Source: an uncultured delta proteobacterium
GTDB lineage: Bacteria; Desulfobacterota; Binatia; Binatales; Binataceae
Direction of reading: 5' to 3'
NCBI GenBank assembly: GCA_963842085.1
Contig: CAWJET010000002.1
Span: forward strand, 288,001 to 352,000
Length of the DNA: 64,000 nucleotides
Shown here: positions 56,290 through 64,000 of the stretch, piece by piece
Layout: every line of letters begins with the position of its first letter
Numbering within the stretch: position 1 is the first letter of the stretch
Notes under the pieces: generated by a model
The model's database searches: none
Seen by the model: the letters and a program-made list of their open reading frames with translations, nothing else
What the model was told of the DNA's origin: nothing
Program-made: the position numbers and the translations under genes

Positions 56290-57432
56290 GTGAAAGCTCT
56301 CGTAATCGGCGGCGGCATAATCGGCAGCTCGGTCGCATGGCGCCTCGCGTCCGACGGCGTCGCGGTCTCCGTCTTCGAGCGCGGCCGGCTCGGGCTTGAA
56401 GCCTCATGGGCGGCGGCCGGACTCATCGGCCCGCAGGCCGAGGCGCACGAACCCGGCGCCTTCTTCGACCTGGCGCTCGCCGGCAAGCGCTCCTTCGACG
56501 CCATCGTCGAGCGCCTCGCTGCCGAGAGCGGCGTCGATCCCGAGTACGATCCTCACGGCGTTCTCTACGTCGCCTTCGACGATGCCGCCCGCGCCGAGCT
56601 GCAGTCGCGCGCGCGATGGCAGCGCGCGGCCGGCGGCGAGGTCGAGGAATTGTCCCCGCGCGAAGCCTTCAAGCTCGCGCCCGTACTCTCGGAAAAAATC
56701 ATCTTCGCGCTCCACCTGCCCAATAACCGGCGCGTCGAGAATCGCAAGCTCACCCTGGCCTACATCAACGCCGCGACTCACGCCGGCGCCGATTTCCACG
56801 AGGGCGCCCGCGTCTATTCCATCGCGGTCGAGGGCGGGCGCGCCACCGGTCTGCGGCTGGCAGACGGCTCGGTCGAGACCGGCGACATCATCATCAACGC
56901 AGCCGGCGCGTGGGCCGGCGACATCCGCGGCCTCGAGGACGATCGCATCCATTTCTACCCGGTGCGCGGGCAGATTCTATGCTTCGACGCGCGCCCCGGC
57001 CTGGTCGGCCCTTCGATTTTCTCAGGCACTGGAATCTTGGTGCCGCGGCGCGACGGCCGCATCCTGGCCGGCTCGATCTTCGAGGACGCTGGCTTCAACA
57101 AGTCCGTCACCCTCGACGGGATGGAACGAATCCTGCGCGCGGTGCGCGCGATGGTTCCCTCGATCGCCTCGGTTCCCTTTCGGGAAGCATGGGCCGGCCT
57201 GCGCCCCGCCAGCGACGACTTGCTCCCCGTGCTCGGCCCGTCGCCGACGGTCGCAAACGTGCTCTACGCCGCCGGCCACTTCCGCAGCGGCATCCTGCTC
57301 TCCGCCATCACCGGCGAAGTGATCGCCGACATGGTCAAAGGCCGCCGGCCTCCGATCGACCTTGCGCCGTTTTCCCCATCCCGCTTCCGCAACGGCACCG
57401 CCCGCTTGGTAAAACTCGCCGACATGATATGA
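56290..57432 (+). CDS. thiO: Glycine oxidase (DAO family)
   Basis: IGGGIIG, ASWAAAG.I, PVRGQ, LVPRRDG, WAGLRP, GHFRSGILL; no neighbouring thi genes, so the symbol is a family-level call. Confidence 0.82.
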   Translation: MKALVIGGGIIGSSVAWRLASDGVAVSVFERGRLGLEASWAAAGLIGPQAEAHEPGAFFDLALAGKRSFDAIVERLAAESGVDPEYDPHGVLYVAFDDAARAELQSRARWQRAAGGEVEELSPREAFKLAPVLSEKIIFALHLPNNRRVENRKLTLAYINAATHAGADFHEGARVYSIAVEGGRATGLRLADGSVETGDIIINAAGAWAGDIRGLEDDRIHFYPVRGQILCFDARPGLVGPSIFSGTGILVPRRDGRILAGSIFEDAGFNKSVTLDGMERILRAVRAMVPSIASVPFREAWAGLRPASDDLLPVLGPSPTVANVLYAAGHFRSGILLSAITGEVIADMVKGRRPPIDLAPFSPSRFRNGTARLVKLADMI

Positions 57433-57791
57433 GCAGGACAATCGCACTCGGATTAATCCGCGACTTGTTCTTCCGCGCGAAGATCGACGCGGTCGCCCAC
57501 GCCGTCGGCGCCGAGGTTGAGTACGCGTCGTCGCTCGACGCCGTAGCCTCGCGATGCGCCGCGATGCAACCCTCGATTGTTTTTACGGATCTCTCCGACG
57601 CCGCGTTCCCAGCGCTCGACACGCTGAAAAAAATCCGCGCCGCTGCCCCAAGCGCTCGCGTGATAGGCTTCGCCTCGCACGTAGATCTGAAACCGCTGAA
57701 AGCGGCGCGCGAAGCAGGCTACGAGCGAACGCTCTCGCGCAGCGAGTTCACCGCCCAACTTCCCGACTTGCTACGTCGATCGCCGCGCTGA
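57429..57791 (+). CDS. Atypical single-domain response regulator-like protein
   Basis: ATGA overlap with thiO; DLFF..KI, P.IVFTDL, IGFASHVD...AREAG; CheY-like length and pattern. Confidence 0.75.
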   Translation: MSRTIALGLIRDLFFRAKIDAVAHAVGAEVEYASSLDAVASRCAAMQPSIVFTDLSDAAFPALDTLKKIRAAAPSARVIGFASHVDLKPLKAAREAGYERTLSRSEFTAQLPDLLRRSPR

Positions 57792-57809
57792 CTGAACACC
57801 CTTCGCGCT

Positions 57810-58310
57810 TCAGCCGCGGACGCGCTCGCGGGCGAAGATGGCGCGCTCTTCGGCCGTCATCTTCTCGCGGATGCGCGAGCCCTTGCCGAGATGCCGATAC
57901 AGTCCGCCTTCCGAGAAATATTCCTCGTAGGGCTGCGCCGGGATCGGCTCCGGCGGAGCCGTGTCGGTGATCTTCACGCCCAACACCTCCTCGACCAGGT
58001 TGCTGTCGTACATCCTGACGGCATCGTAGTCCGTCAGCAGCGCGCATACTTCGACGCAGATATAACACCCGATACATTCCTGGAAGCGGTCCTGCACCGG
58101 CTGCACGCCGCGCCCCGGAACCGAGCCGGGCGCCAGGTACTCGATGCACTGAACGGGGCAGAACTCGGGGCATTTGCCGCACGGGAAGCACAGGTTCACG
58201 TCCATAAACGCGACTTCGCGCGGGCGCTTCTTCTTTTGTCCGACTTCTTCGGGAGTCTCGGGGATGCGGTCTTCCTTCAGACGGCGCTTGATGATGTCGA
58301 TGGCGCTCAT
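57810..58310 (-). CDS. 2x[4Fe-4S] dicluster domain protein
   Basis: CFPCGKCPEFCP and CIGCYICVEVC. Confidence 0.85.
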   Translation of the reverse strand: MSAIDIIKRRLKEDRIPETPEEVGQKKKRPREVAFMDVNLCFPCGKCPEFCPVQCIEYLAPGSVPGRGVQPVQDRFQECIGCYICVEVCALLTDYDAVRMYDSNLVEEVLGVKITDTAPPEPIPAQPYEEYFSEGGLYRHLGKGSRIREKMTAEERAIFARERVRG

Positions 58311-58364
58311 GCTTATATAGTCACGCTATTTGAGCGCGGCTGGTCAAGCGGCTGGGAATCGCTG

Positions 58365-59957
58365 CTACCTGACTGCGAAGATGCGGCCGGTTGAGGTGCC
58401 GACGTAGAGCATCCCCGACCGTGACGATGCGGCGGTTGTGATCTTGCCGAAGCTGCGCGTCGTCCAGACGTAACTGCCGTCGCCCGTGATTACCGCGCCC
58501 ACGTCTCCCGTCGCGGCGTCGAACACGCCGTCGTAGCCGAGCGCAGTCAGTCCGGCCTCGCCCGGTTTGAGCGTCGGATCTTTCCATCGGAGCTGTCCCT
58601 CGACGGAGACGCCGTAGATCGTGTCGGCGCCGGCGAAGATGGTTCCCGATGGAGCGACCGCCGGTCCCGCGGTTACCGCATGCGCGGCGTTGACGTGCCA
58701 GATCGGATTGCCGGTGCGCAAATCGATCGCATACAAGCCGCCGGCGGCCGAGCCTGCGTAAACGACGTCGTCCGCATAGGCAACGGCTCCCGTAAATCCG
58801 CCGTCAGGCTGGAAGGTCCAAACCACGGAGCCGTCCGACGCAAGCGCCGCGACCGCGCCGTGCGCCGTCGCCACTACGATTCCGTCCGGCGTCGTCGCAA
58901 CGGTAGTCACCGGTCCGGCATTCACACGCCAGTTGAGAGATCCGGAGGGGCTGACCGAGACGAGGTCGTCACCCGCCGATGCGTAAATCGCGCGATCGGT
59001 CGCGGCGAGCGGTCCCACGCTCTGGCCAATCTCGAGATGCCAGAGAATTGCGCCATCGGGAGCAAAGGCCGCCAACTCCGACTTCGACGACATCGCGACC
59101 ACGGTCCCGTCGGGCAATACTGCCGGCGACGAGCCGTCGGCCTCGCGGCGCATCACTTCCTTGCCCGCGGAATTCAGCTCGTGCAGCACGCCGTCACGCG
59201 TGATGAAGGATATCGAGCCGTCGTCGCCGGCCGCGATTCGCCCGCGCAGCTCCGCGCCAGGATCGAAGGTCCACATCAGAACTCCGGCACTCCGTGCCGA
59301 CGCGGCGGGCGTACTCAACGCGCCGGGCACTAAGGCGCCTTTCGGCGTCGATGTCGGAGTAGGGAGGGGCGTCGGGCATAAGAAGGCCGTATTGCTGGGC
59401 CCGCAGGTGTTGACGTCCATGTAGACGCCGACGCCAACCGGCTGACTGATCACTCCCGAACTGCTGGCGTTGACGCAGACGCATCCGGCAAATCCCGTCG
59501 TGTACATGCCGCCCTGGGGCCCGGGCGGAGGCGCTTGCAGCACGGTGTTGTCGGTCGAGGTCCAAAGTGTAGACGAGGCCGTCGTAATGTCCTGATACTC
59601 ACTCCTAGATTTCTTCTGGAGTGTACCGATTGCATTGAACGCGACCGTCCCGCCGGTCGGCACGGCGTCCGGGCCGGTGCTCGACAAGGTCGTGCTGGTT
59701 GCGGCGGGCCGCGGCGTCAGCGTGGGCGTCGGTGTCTTGGCGGGCTTCGGCGTCTTGGTCGAGGGCGGCGTCGGGGTGAACGTGGGCGAGGGCGGTGCGC
59801 CGGTTGAGATCGTGATCGAATCGAGCGAAAAGCCCGGACCGGGGGTTGCCGCGGGTGTTCCGCCGCCGCTGCCGCCGCAACTGCTCAGCAAAATCGCTCC
59901 GAAGACGAACATTACAACCGGCGCGACCACCAGCCATCTGAGCCACCGCGACAACAT
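58365..59957 (-). CDS. Lipoprotein with Pro/Thr linkers, Ig-like domain and PQQ-type beta-propeller repeats
   Basis: Lipobox LSS-C, PT-rich tracts, repeated A...DG...W blades; start uncertain (59957 or 59996). Confidence 0.8.
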   Translation of the reverse strand: MLSRWLRWLVVAPVVMFVFGAILLSSCGGSGGGTPAATPGPGFSLDSITISTGAPPSPTFTPTPPSTKTPKPAKTPTPTLTPRPAATSTTLSSTGPDAVPTGGTVAFNAIGTLQKKSRSEYQDITTASSTLWTSTDNTVLQAPPPGPQGGMYTTGFAGCVCVNASSSGVISQPVGVGVYMDVNTCGPSNTAFLCPTPLPTPTSTPKGALVPGALSTPAASARSAGVLMWTFDPGAELRGRIAAGDDGSISFITRDGVLHELNSAGKEVMRREADGSSPAVLPDGTVVAMSSKSELAAFAPDGAILWHLEIGQSVGPLAATDRAIYASAGDDLVSVSPSGSLNWRVNAGPVTTVATTPDGIVVATAHGAVAALASDGSVVWTFQPDGGFTGAVAYADDVVYAGSAAGGLYAIDLRTGNPIWHVNAAHAVTAGPAVAPSGTIFAGADTIYGVSVEGQLRWKDPTLKPGEAGLTALGYDGVFDAATGDVGAVITGDGSYVWTTRSFGKITTAASSRSGMLYVGTSTGRIFAVR

Positions 59958-60087
59958 CGAGTGATGAGCTATGACGATGCCAGCGCGCGGTGTCAAGTTG
60001 AGGCGCGAGCTGCGTGCTAAATTTACGAGTCGCTCTCAGCTCGCTCGGGTGCGGTCCCGGATATTCTCGACGATGGAGATTTGTGAA

Positions 60088-60232
60088 ATAAAAAAATGGC
60101 GGGCATCTGAAGAGGGGGGGACTCTCCAATGCCCGCCTGTTCGTAGCGGCCGTCCGCGTACGCTGCGGACGGAACCCGGTTAGTTGGGAGGAACTAACTA
60201 ACCGGGAGGGTGCCAGAGCCGTTTGCACCCAA
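60088..60232 (-). ncRNA. Candidate small RNA with four consecutive hairpins ending in an intrinsic terminator
   Basis: Stems at 60208-60230, 60175-60206, 60150-60172 and 60098-60137, followed by a U-tract on the minus strand; loops AGUUCCUCCC and UCCCCCC. Confidence 0.6.
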
Positions 60233-60335
60233 ATATTGAGACGATTCATCTCAGCGATTATTCAAAGTCGAAAAGTTTTCATTTGCACGCGCTGAGCGTC
60301 TGGCTAAACTTGCCTGTGGAGGATTCGAAAAAGCC

Positions 60336-61343
60336 ATGGAATATCGGCGATTAGGTAGAACCGGACTGAAAGTTTCGGAACTTTGCCTTGGATGCATGAC
60401 CTTTGGCCGCGAAACCGATGAAGCAACGGCGGGAAAGATTTTCGACCGGTTCATCGAGGTCGGCGGCAATTTCATTGATACTGCGAACGTTTATGCGGCG
60501 GGAGCGTCGGAGGAAATTCTCGGAAGAATTGTCGGCCAGCGGCGAAAAGACCTGATTGTCGCAACAAAAGTCCGCTTCAACGCGAACATTTTCATGGGCA
60601 AGCCGGTGGGGCCCAATCAAATTGGCCTCTCGCGCGGGCATATCATGTCGGAGGTCGAGGCCAGTTTGCGGCGGCTGAAGATGGATTACATCGATCTTTA
60701 CCAGGTGCATTCGTGGGACTTCGAGACGCCGATAGAGGAGACGATGCGTGCGCTCGACGACCTCGTGCGTCACGGCAAAGTCAGATATATCGGCGCGTCC
60801 AATTTTACGGCCTGGCAACTGATGAAGAGTCTGTGGGTCAGCGATAAACATGATTTCGCGCATTTTGACAGCCTGCAGCCGCAATACAGCCTGATCTCGC
60901 GCGAGATCGAGCGCGAGATTCTGCCGCTGTGCCGCTACGAGAGCGTCGGCGTGATTCCGTGGAGTCCGCTCGGTGGCGGCTTCCTGACCGGCAAGTATCG
61001 CTCGGGTCAGCGCCCGCCCGAGGACAGCCGCCTGGCCAGGATGGATATGTGGAATCGGCTGGCTGACGAGCGGAACTACTCGACGCTCGAAGCCGTCGAG
61101 CAAGTCGCAAAAGAACGGGGTCGTGCGATCTCGCAGGTCGCGCTCGCATGGGTGAATCAGCAGCCCGGTGTCAGCTCGGTGATTTACGGCGCCCGAACCG
61201 AAGAACAGAATGAGCAGAACCTCGGCGCTATCGGATTTCGGCTCGAGGCAGCGGAGCTCGCGGCACTCGACAAGGCAAGCGCATTGCCGGTCGAGTATCC
61301 CAACGCGATGCAGGCGCGGCTGCCCGGCTATTCGCGGCAGTAA
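60336..61343 (+). CDS. Aldo/keto reductase
   Basis: LG.TGLKVSELCLG.MTFG, IDTANVY, ATK, SLRRL..DYIDLYQ.H, YIGASN, PWSPLGGG.LTGKY. Confidence 0.95.
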   Translation: MEYRRLGRTGLKVSELCLGCMTFGRETDEATAGKIFDRFIEVGGNFIDTANVYAAGASEEILGRIVGQRRKDLIVATKVRFNANIFMGKPVGPNQIGLSRGHIMSEVEASLRRLKMDYIDLYQVHSWDFETPIEETMRALDDLVRHGKVRYIGASNFTAWQLMKSLWVSDKHDFAHFDSLQPQYSLISREIEREILPLCRYESVGVIPWSPLGGGFLTGKYRSGQRPPEDSRLARMDMWNRLADERNYSTLEAVEQVAKERGRAISQVALAWVNQQPGVSSVIYGARTEEQNEQNLGAIGFRLEAAELAALDKASALPVEYPNAMQARLPGYSRQ

Positions 61344-61391
61344 TGCAGAGAGCCTAAGCGAGGCGCGCCCGGTCGGACGCGCATCGTTCTC

Positions 61392-62237
61392 TCATCCTTG
61401 AAATGACGGTCCGATGAAGCCGCGGGGCGCTATCGCCGACGGCGACGAACTCTCGCCGTCGCGGGGCGAGAACTGGCTGCCGACGGTCAGTCCGCCGTCC
61501 ACGATCATCGCCTGCCCGGTAACGAATTCCGAATCGTCGCTGGCAAGATACAGCGCCATCCCGGCGATGTCCTCGGGATGGCCCGCGCGCGGAATCGGTT
61601 GAACCTTCGCCATCCATTGTTCCATCGCTTCTTTCACGCCGGGCTGATTGCGATGCAGGATCGGCGTGTTGATTCCGCCGGGGCAGATGCAATTGACGCG
61701 GATTTTATCCTTGGCGAATTCCAGCGCGGCCGAACGTGTCAGGTTGACCACGCCGGCCTTGGCCGCGCAGTAGGCATGCAGTCCGTTGAAGCCGCGGATA
61801 CCGGCGACGGACGCGGTCGAGATTATCGAGCCGCCGCCCGCTTTGCGCATCTCGGGTACGGCGTGTTTCATTCCGAGGAAGACTCCGCGCAGCAAAACTG
61901 CCTGGCTTCTGTCCCAATCCTCGACCGAGATTTGTTCGAGCGGTCCGACCGCGCCGCCGATGCCGGCATTGTTATAGATGACGTCGAGACGGCCGAATTC
62001 CTTAATCGCGCGCGCGATGAGCGCTTTGATTTCGGCTTCGGCGGAGACGTCGGTCTTCTGGAATACCGCGCGCCCGGCGTTCTCCTTGCAATCGCGGACG
62101 GCCGATTCGCCGCCTTCGACGTTGAGGTCTGCGATCACAACCGCCGCGCCTTCGCCCGCGAACTTGATTGCGGTCGCGCGTCCGATTCCGCTCGCCGCGC
62201 CCGTGATGACCGCCACTTTGCCCTTGAGCCTGTCCAT
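61392..62237 (-). CDS. SDR family oxidoreductase
   Basis: TGAASGIG, NNAG, YCAAK, RVNCICPGG, VDGG. Confidence 0.93.
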   Translation of the reverse strand: MDRLKGKVAVITGAASGIGRATAIKFAGEGAAVVIADLNVEGGESAVRDCKENAGRAVFQKTDVSAEAEIKALIARAIKEFGRLDVIYNNAGIGGAVGPLEQISVEDWDRSQAVLLRGVFLGMKHAVPEMRKAGGGSIISTASVAGIRGFNGLHAYCAAKAGVVNLTRSAALEFAKDKIRVNCICPGGINTPILHRNQPGVKEAMEQWMAKVQPIPRAGHPEDIAGMALYLASDDSEFVTGQAMIVDGGLTVGSQFSPRDGESSSPSAIAPRGFIGPSFQG

Positions 62238-62338
62238 TTCAGATTTCCCTCTGCATGAAAGATTGCGGTGGTACGCATCGCGCGCGACCGCATCGAACTA
62301 AGTAGCAGACTGCGACTTGAAGCGGATAGCGCCGCCGA

Positions 62339-63163
62339 TCACATCTCGAATGACGGGCCGGAGAAGCCGCTGTCGGGCAGGCCCGCCAGGCGAAAGCGCG
62401 CGTTGCCGGTGTTGATGCCGCCGTCGACGACCATCGCGCTGCCGGTGATCCACTCGGCTTCGTCGCTGGCCAGGAACAGCGCCATCGCGGCGATGTCGTC
62501 GGGTTTGCCCGCGCGCGGAATTGGCTGCATTCTCGCCATCGACTTCTCCGAGCGTTCCTCGCCGCCGGGAATCCCGCGATGTATCAGCGGCGTGTTGACA
62601 CCGCCGGGGCAGATGCAGTTGACGCGAATCCGGTCGTGGCCGACTTCGATCGCGACCGCCTGCGTCAGGTTGACGATCGCAGCCTTGGCCGCGCTGTACG
62701 CGGCCAGATAGCCGACGCCGCGGAGGCCGGCGACCGACGCGGTCGAGATAATTGAGCCGCCGCCCGCCTTGCGCATCTCGGGGATCGAGTACTTCATCCC
62801 CAGGAACGCCGCGCGCAGCAGCACTGCGATGGTGCGGTCCCAGTCGGCGGATTCCACCTTCTCGATCGGCCCGACCGCGCCCGCGACGCCCGCGTTGTTG
62901 AAGATGATATCGAGGCGGCCGTATTCTTTGACCGCGCGCGCGACCGCGGCCTTGATGTCCTGCTCGCTGGTGACGTCGGTGCGCTGAAAGACTGCGCGTC
63001 CGCCGGCGGCGGCGCATTCGGCGACCGCGGTCTCTCCGCCCTGCGCGTTCAAATCGGTAAGGACCACGCTCGCGCCTTCTTTGGCGAAGCGGAGCGCCGT
63101 CGCCCGGCCCATCCCGCTGGCGGCGCCGGTAATCACTGCGACTTTTCCCTGGATTCTGCCCAT
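62339..63163 (-). CDS. SDR family oxidoreductase (tandem paralog)
   Basis: TGAASGMG, NNAG, YSAAK, RVNCICPGG, VDGG. Confidence 0.93.
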   Translation of the reverse strand: MGRIQGKVAVITGAASGMGRATALRFAKEGASVVLTDLNAQGGETAVAECAAAGGRAVFQRTDVTSEQDIKAAVARAVKEYGRLDIIFNNAGVAGAVGPIEKVESADWDRTIAVLLRAAFLGMKYSIPEMRKAGGGSIISTASVAGLRGVGYLAAYSAAKAAIVNLTQAVAIEVGHDRIRVNCICPGGVNTPLIHRGIPGGEERSEKSMARMQPIPRAGKPDDIAAMALFLASDEAEWITGSAMVVDGGINTGNARFRLAGLPDSGFSGPSFEM

Positions 63164-63282
63164 TGCTGTTCTCCTGCGCGCATCGGTCGCGCGGTGTTCT
63201 TATGTGAATCGCAAAGTGTCAATAGCAATGATTCAGGCAAGTCGGGTAGCCCGCGCATGAGGGACGGCAACGCAAGCACGGT

Positions 63283-63558
63283 CTCTGTCACCCTGACCGA
63301 AGCGATCATTGCGAGCACAGCCTCGGTCATCCTGACGAAGCGAGCGACAGCGAGCGGATGGAAGGATCTCGGACAGCTTCGCCTCAGCGAAGCCGGTACC
63401 GCTTTCGAGTCGCTGCGTCCCCTCTGTAATCCTGACCGAAGCGATCATTGCGAGCACAGCCTCTGTCATCCTGACGAAGCGAGCAACGCGAGCGGCAGGA
63501 AGGATCTCGGACAGCTTCGCGCCAGCGAAGCCGGTACCGGTTTCGAGTCTCCGCGTCC
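63283..63558. repeat. Tandem duplication of a 139-bp unit built around a family B REP-like core
   Basis: Copies start at 63283 and 63422; each contains GTCATCCTGACGAAGCGAGC...GAAGGATCTCGG. Confidence 0.85.
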
Positions 63559-63828
63559 AACGTTTTTCCGCTCCGAGTCGGGGATGAACTATTCAGCCTG
63601 ACCCCGGCGGATTTTCTGTGCTACGCATACCGCATGACGAATAAGTCAGGCTCTCCGACGGTCGCCGCCTTCAATCCAAACATCGAGCGACGCACGCCGC
63701 CGGAAAAGCTTAATTTTGACGGAACGAAGCCAGCCCTAGTGGGCAACAGTCTCAAAACCACCACATATGGTATGAATTGCCATTTCCCGTCCCCAGCACT
63801 AGCAGGGAAACGGATCCCAGCGGCGCGA

Positions 63829-63837
63829 TGATATAAT
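63829..63837 (+). promoter_or_regulatory. Extended -10 promoter element (TGaTATAAT)
   Basis: Perfect TGnTATAAT 10 nt upstream of an ATG. Confidence 0.5.
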
Positions 63838-63847
63838 ACATGTGGCG

Positions 63848-64000
63848 ATGTTTCCTGAAGATCCCAACGAAAAACACGGTACGGACGAGACTCCGCCAGA
63901 ACCAGCCGCCAGCGAGCCTACCGGCCCTCAGTATGGCTCTTTGATCGACTATCCCAAGGGCGCGCCCGCGTACAGCGACGCTAGTCCCGAGGCGCTTGTG
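63848..64000 (+). CDS. N-terminus of a hypothetical protein running off the window (MFPEDPNEKHG...)
   Basis: 51 open codons to the window end, directly downstream of a consensus extended -10. Confidence 0.45.
   Translation, partial: MFPEDPNEKHGTDETPPEPAASEPTGPQYGSLIDYPKGAPAYSDASPEALV

Noticed and set aside
56910-57428. N-terminal part of the 293-aa ORF 56910..57791
   Set aside because: Out-of-frame overlap with thiO; only the part from ATG 57429 looks like a protein
63194-63601. ORFs with repeated peptides across the tandem repeat, and possible CRISPR
   Set aside because: The peptide repeats come from the 139-bp DNA duplication; only two units, no unique spacers, no cas genes

Overview
GC-rich bacterial chromosomal window, mostly core and metabolic genes, with no rRNA, tRNA, CRISPR array or transposase recognised. 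The gene repertoire (F420 biosynthesis, LLM oxidoreductase, DUF1329, many SDRs, stand-alone PaaA-like diiron protein) is reminiscent of Candidatus Binatota or related soil delta-like lineages; this is an inference only. Recognisable blocks are pepP, uppP, glyA, an imuA-imuB-dnaE2 mutagenesis cassette interrupted by a BrnT-type toxin-antitoxin pair, cofG-cofH-cofD-cofE followed by a polyprenyl synthase and a flavin monooxygenase, a 2-oxoacid dehydrogenase E1a/E1b/E2 operon, an MlaE/F/D-PqiC transporter, an isolated nuoB-nuoF-nuoG unit and thiO. The leading candidates for undescribed biology are: (i) a TetR-containing operon at 14.4-19.8 kb joining an aryl-acid adenylating enzyme, two different diiron enzymes (PaaA-like and CADD/PqqC-like HDO) and two SDRs, without carrier protein or Paa partners; (ii) an unannotated four-hairpin small RNA with anti-Shine-Dalgarno-like loops at about 60.1-60.2 kb; (iii) unannotated small proteins (an 8-Cys symmetric lipoprotein and a 40-aa Pro/Trp-rich membrane peptide upstream of the cof genes); (iv) a hydrolase gene bracketed by 24-bp direct repeats; and (v) two families of REP-like elements, one of them translated inside imuA. 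All functional calls come from motif recognition by eye, not from database searches.
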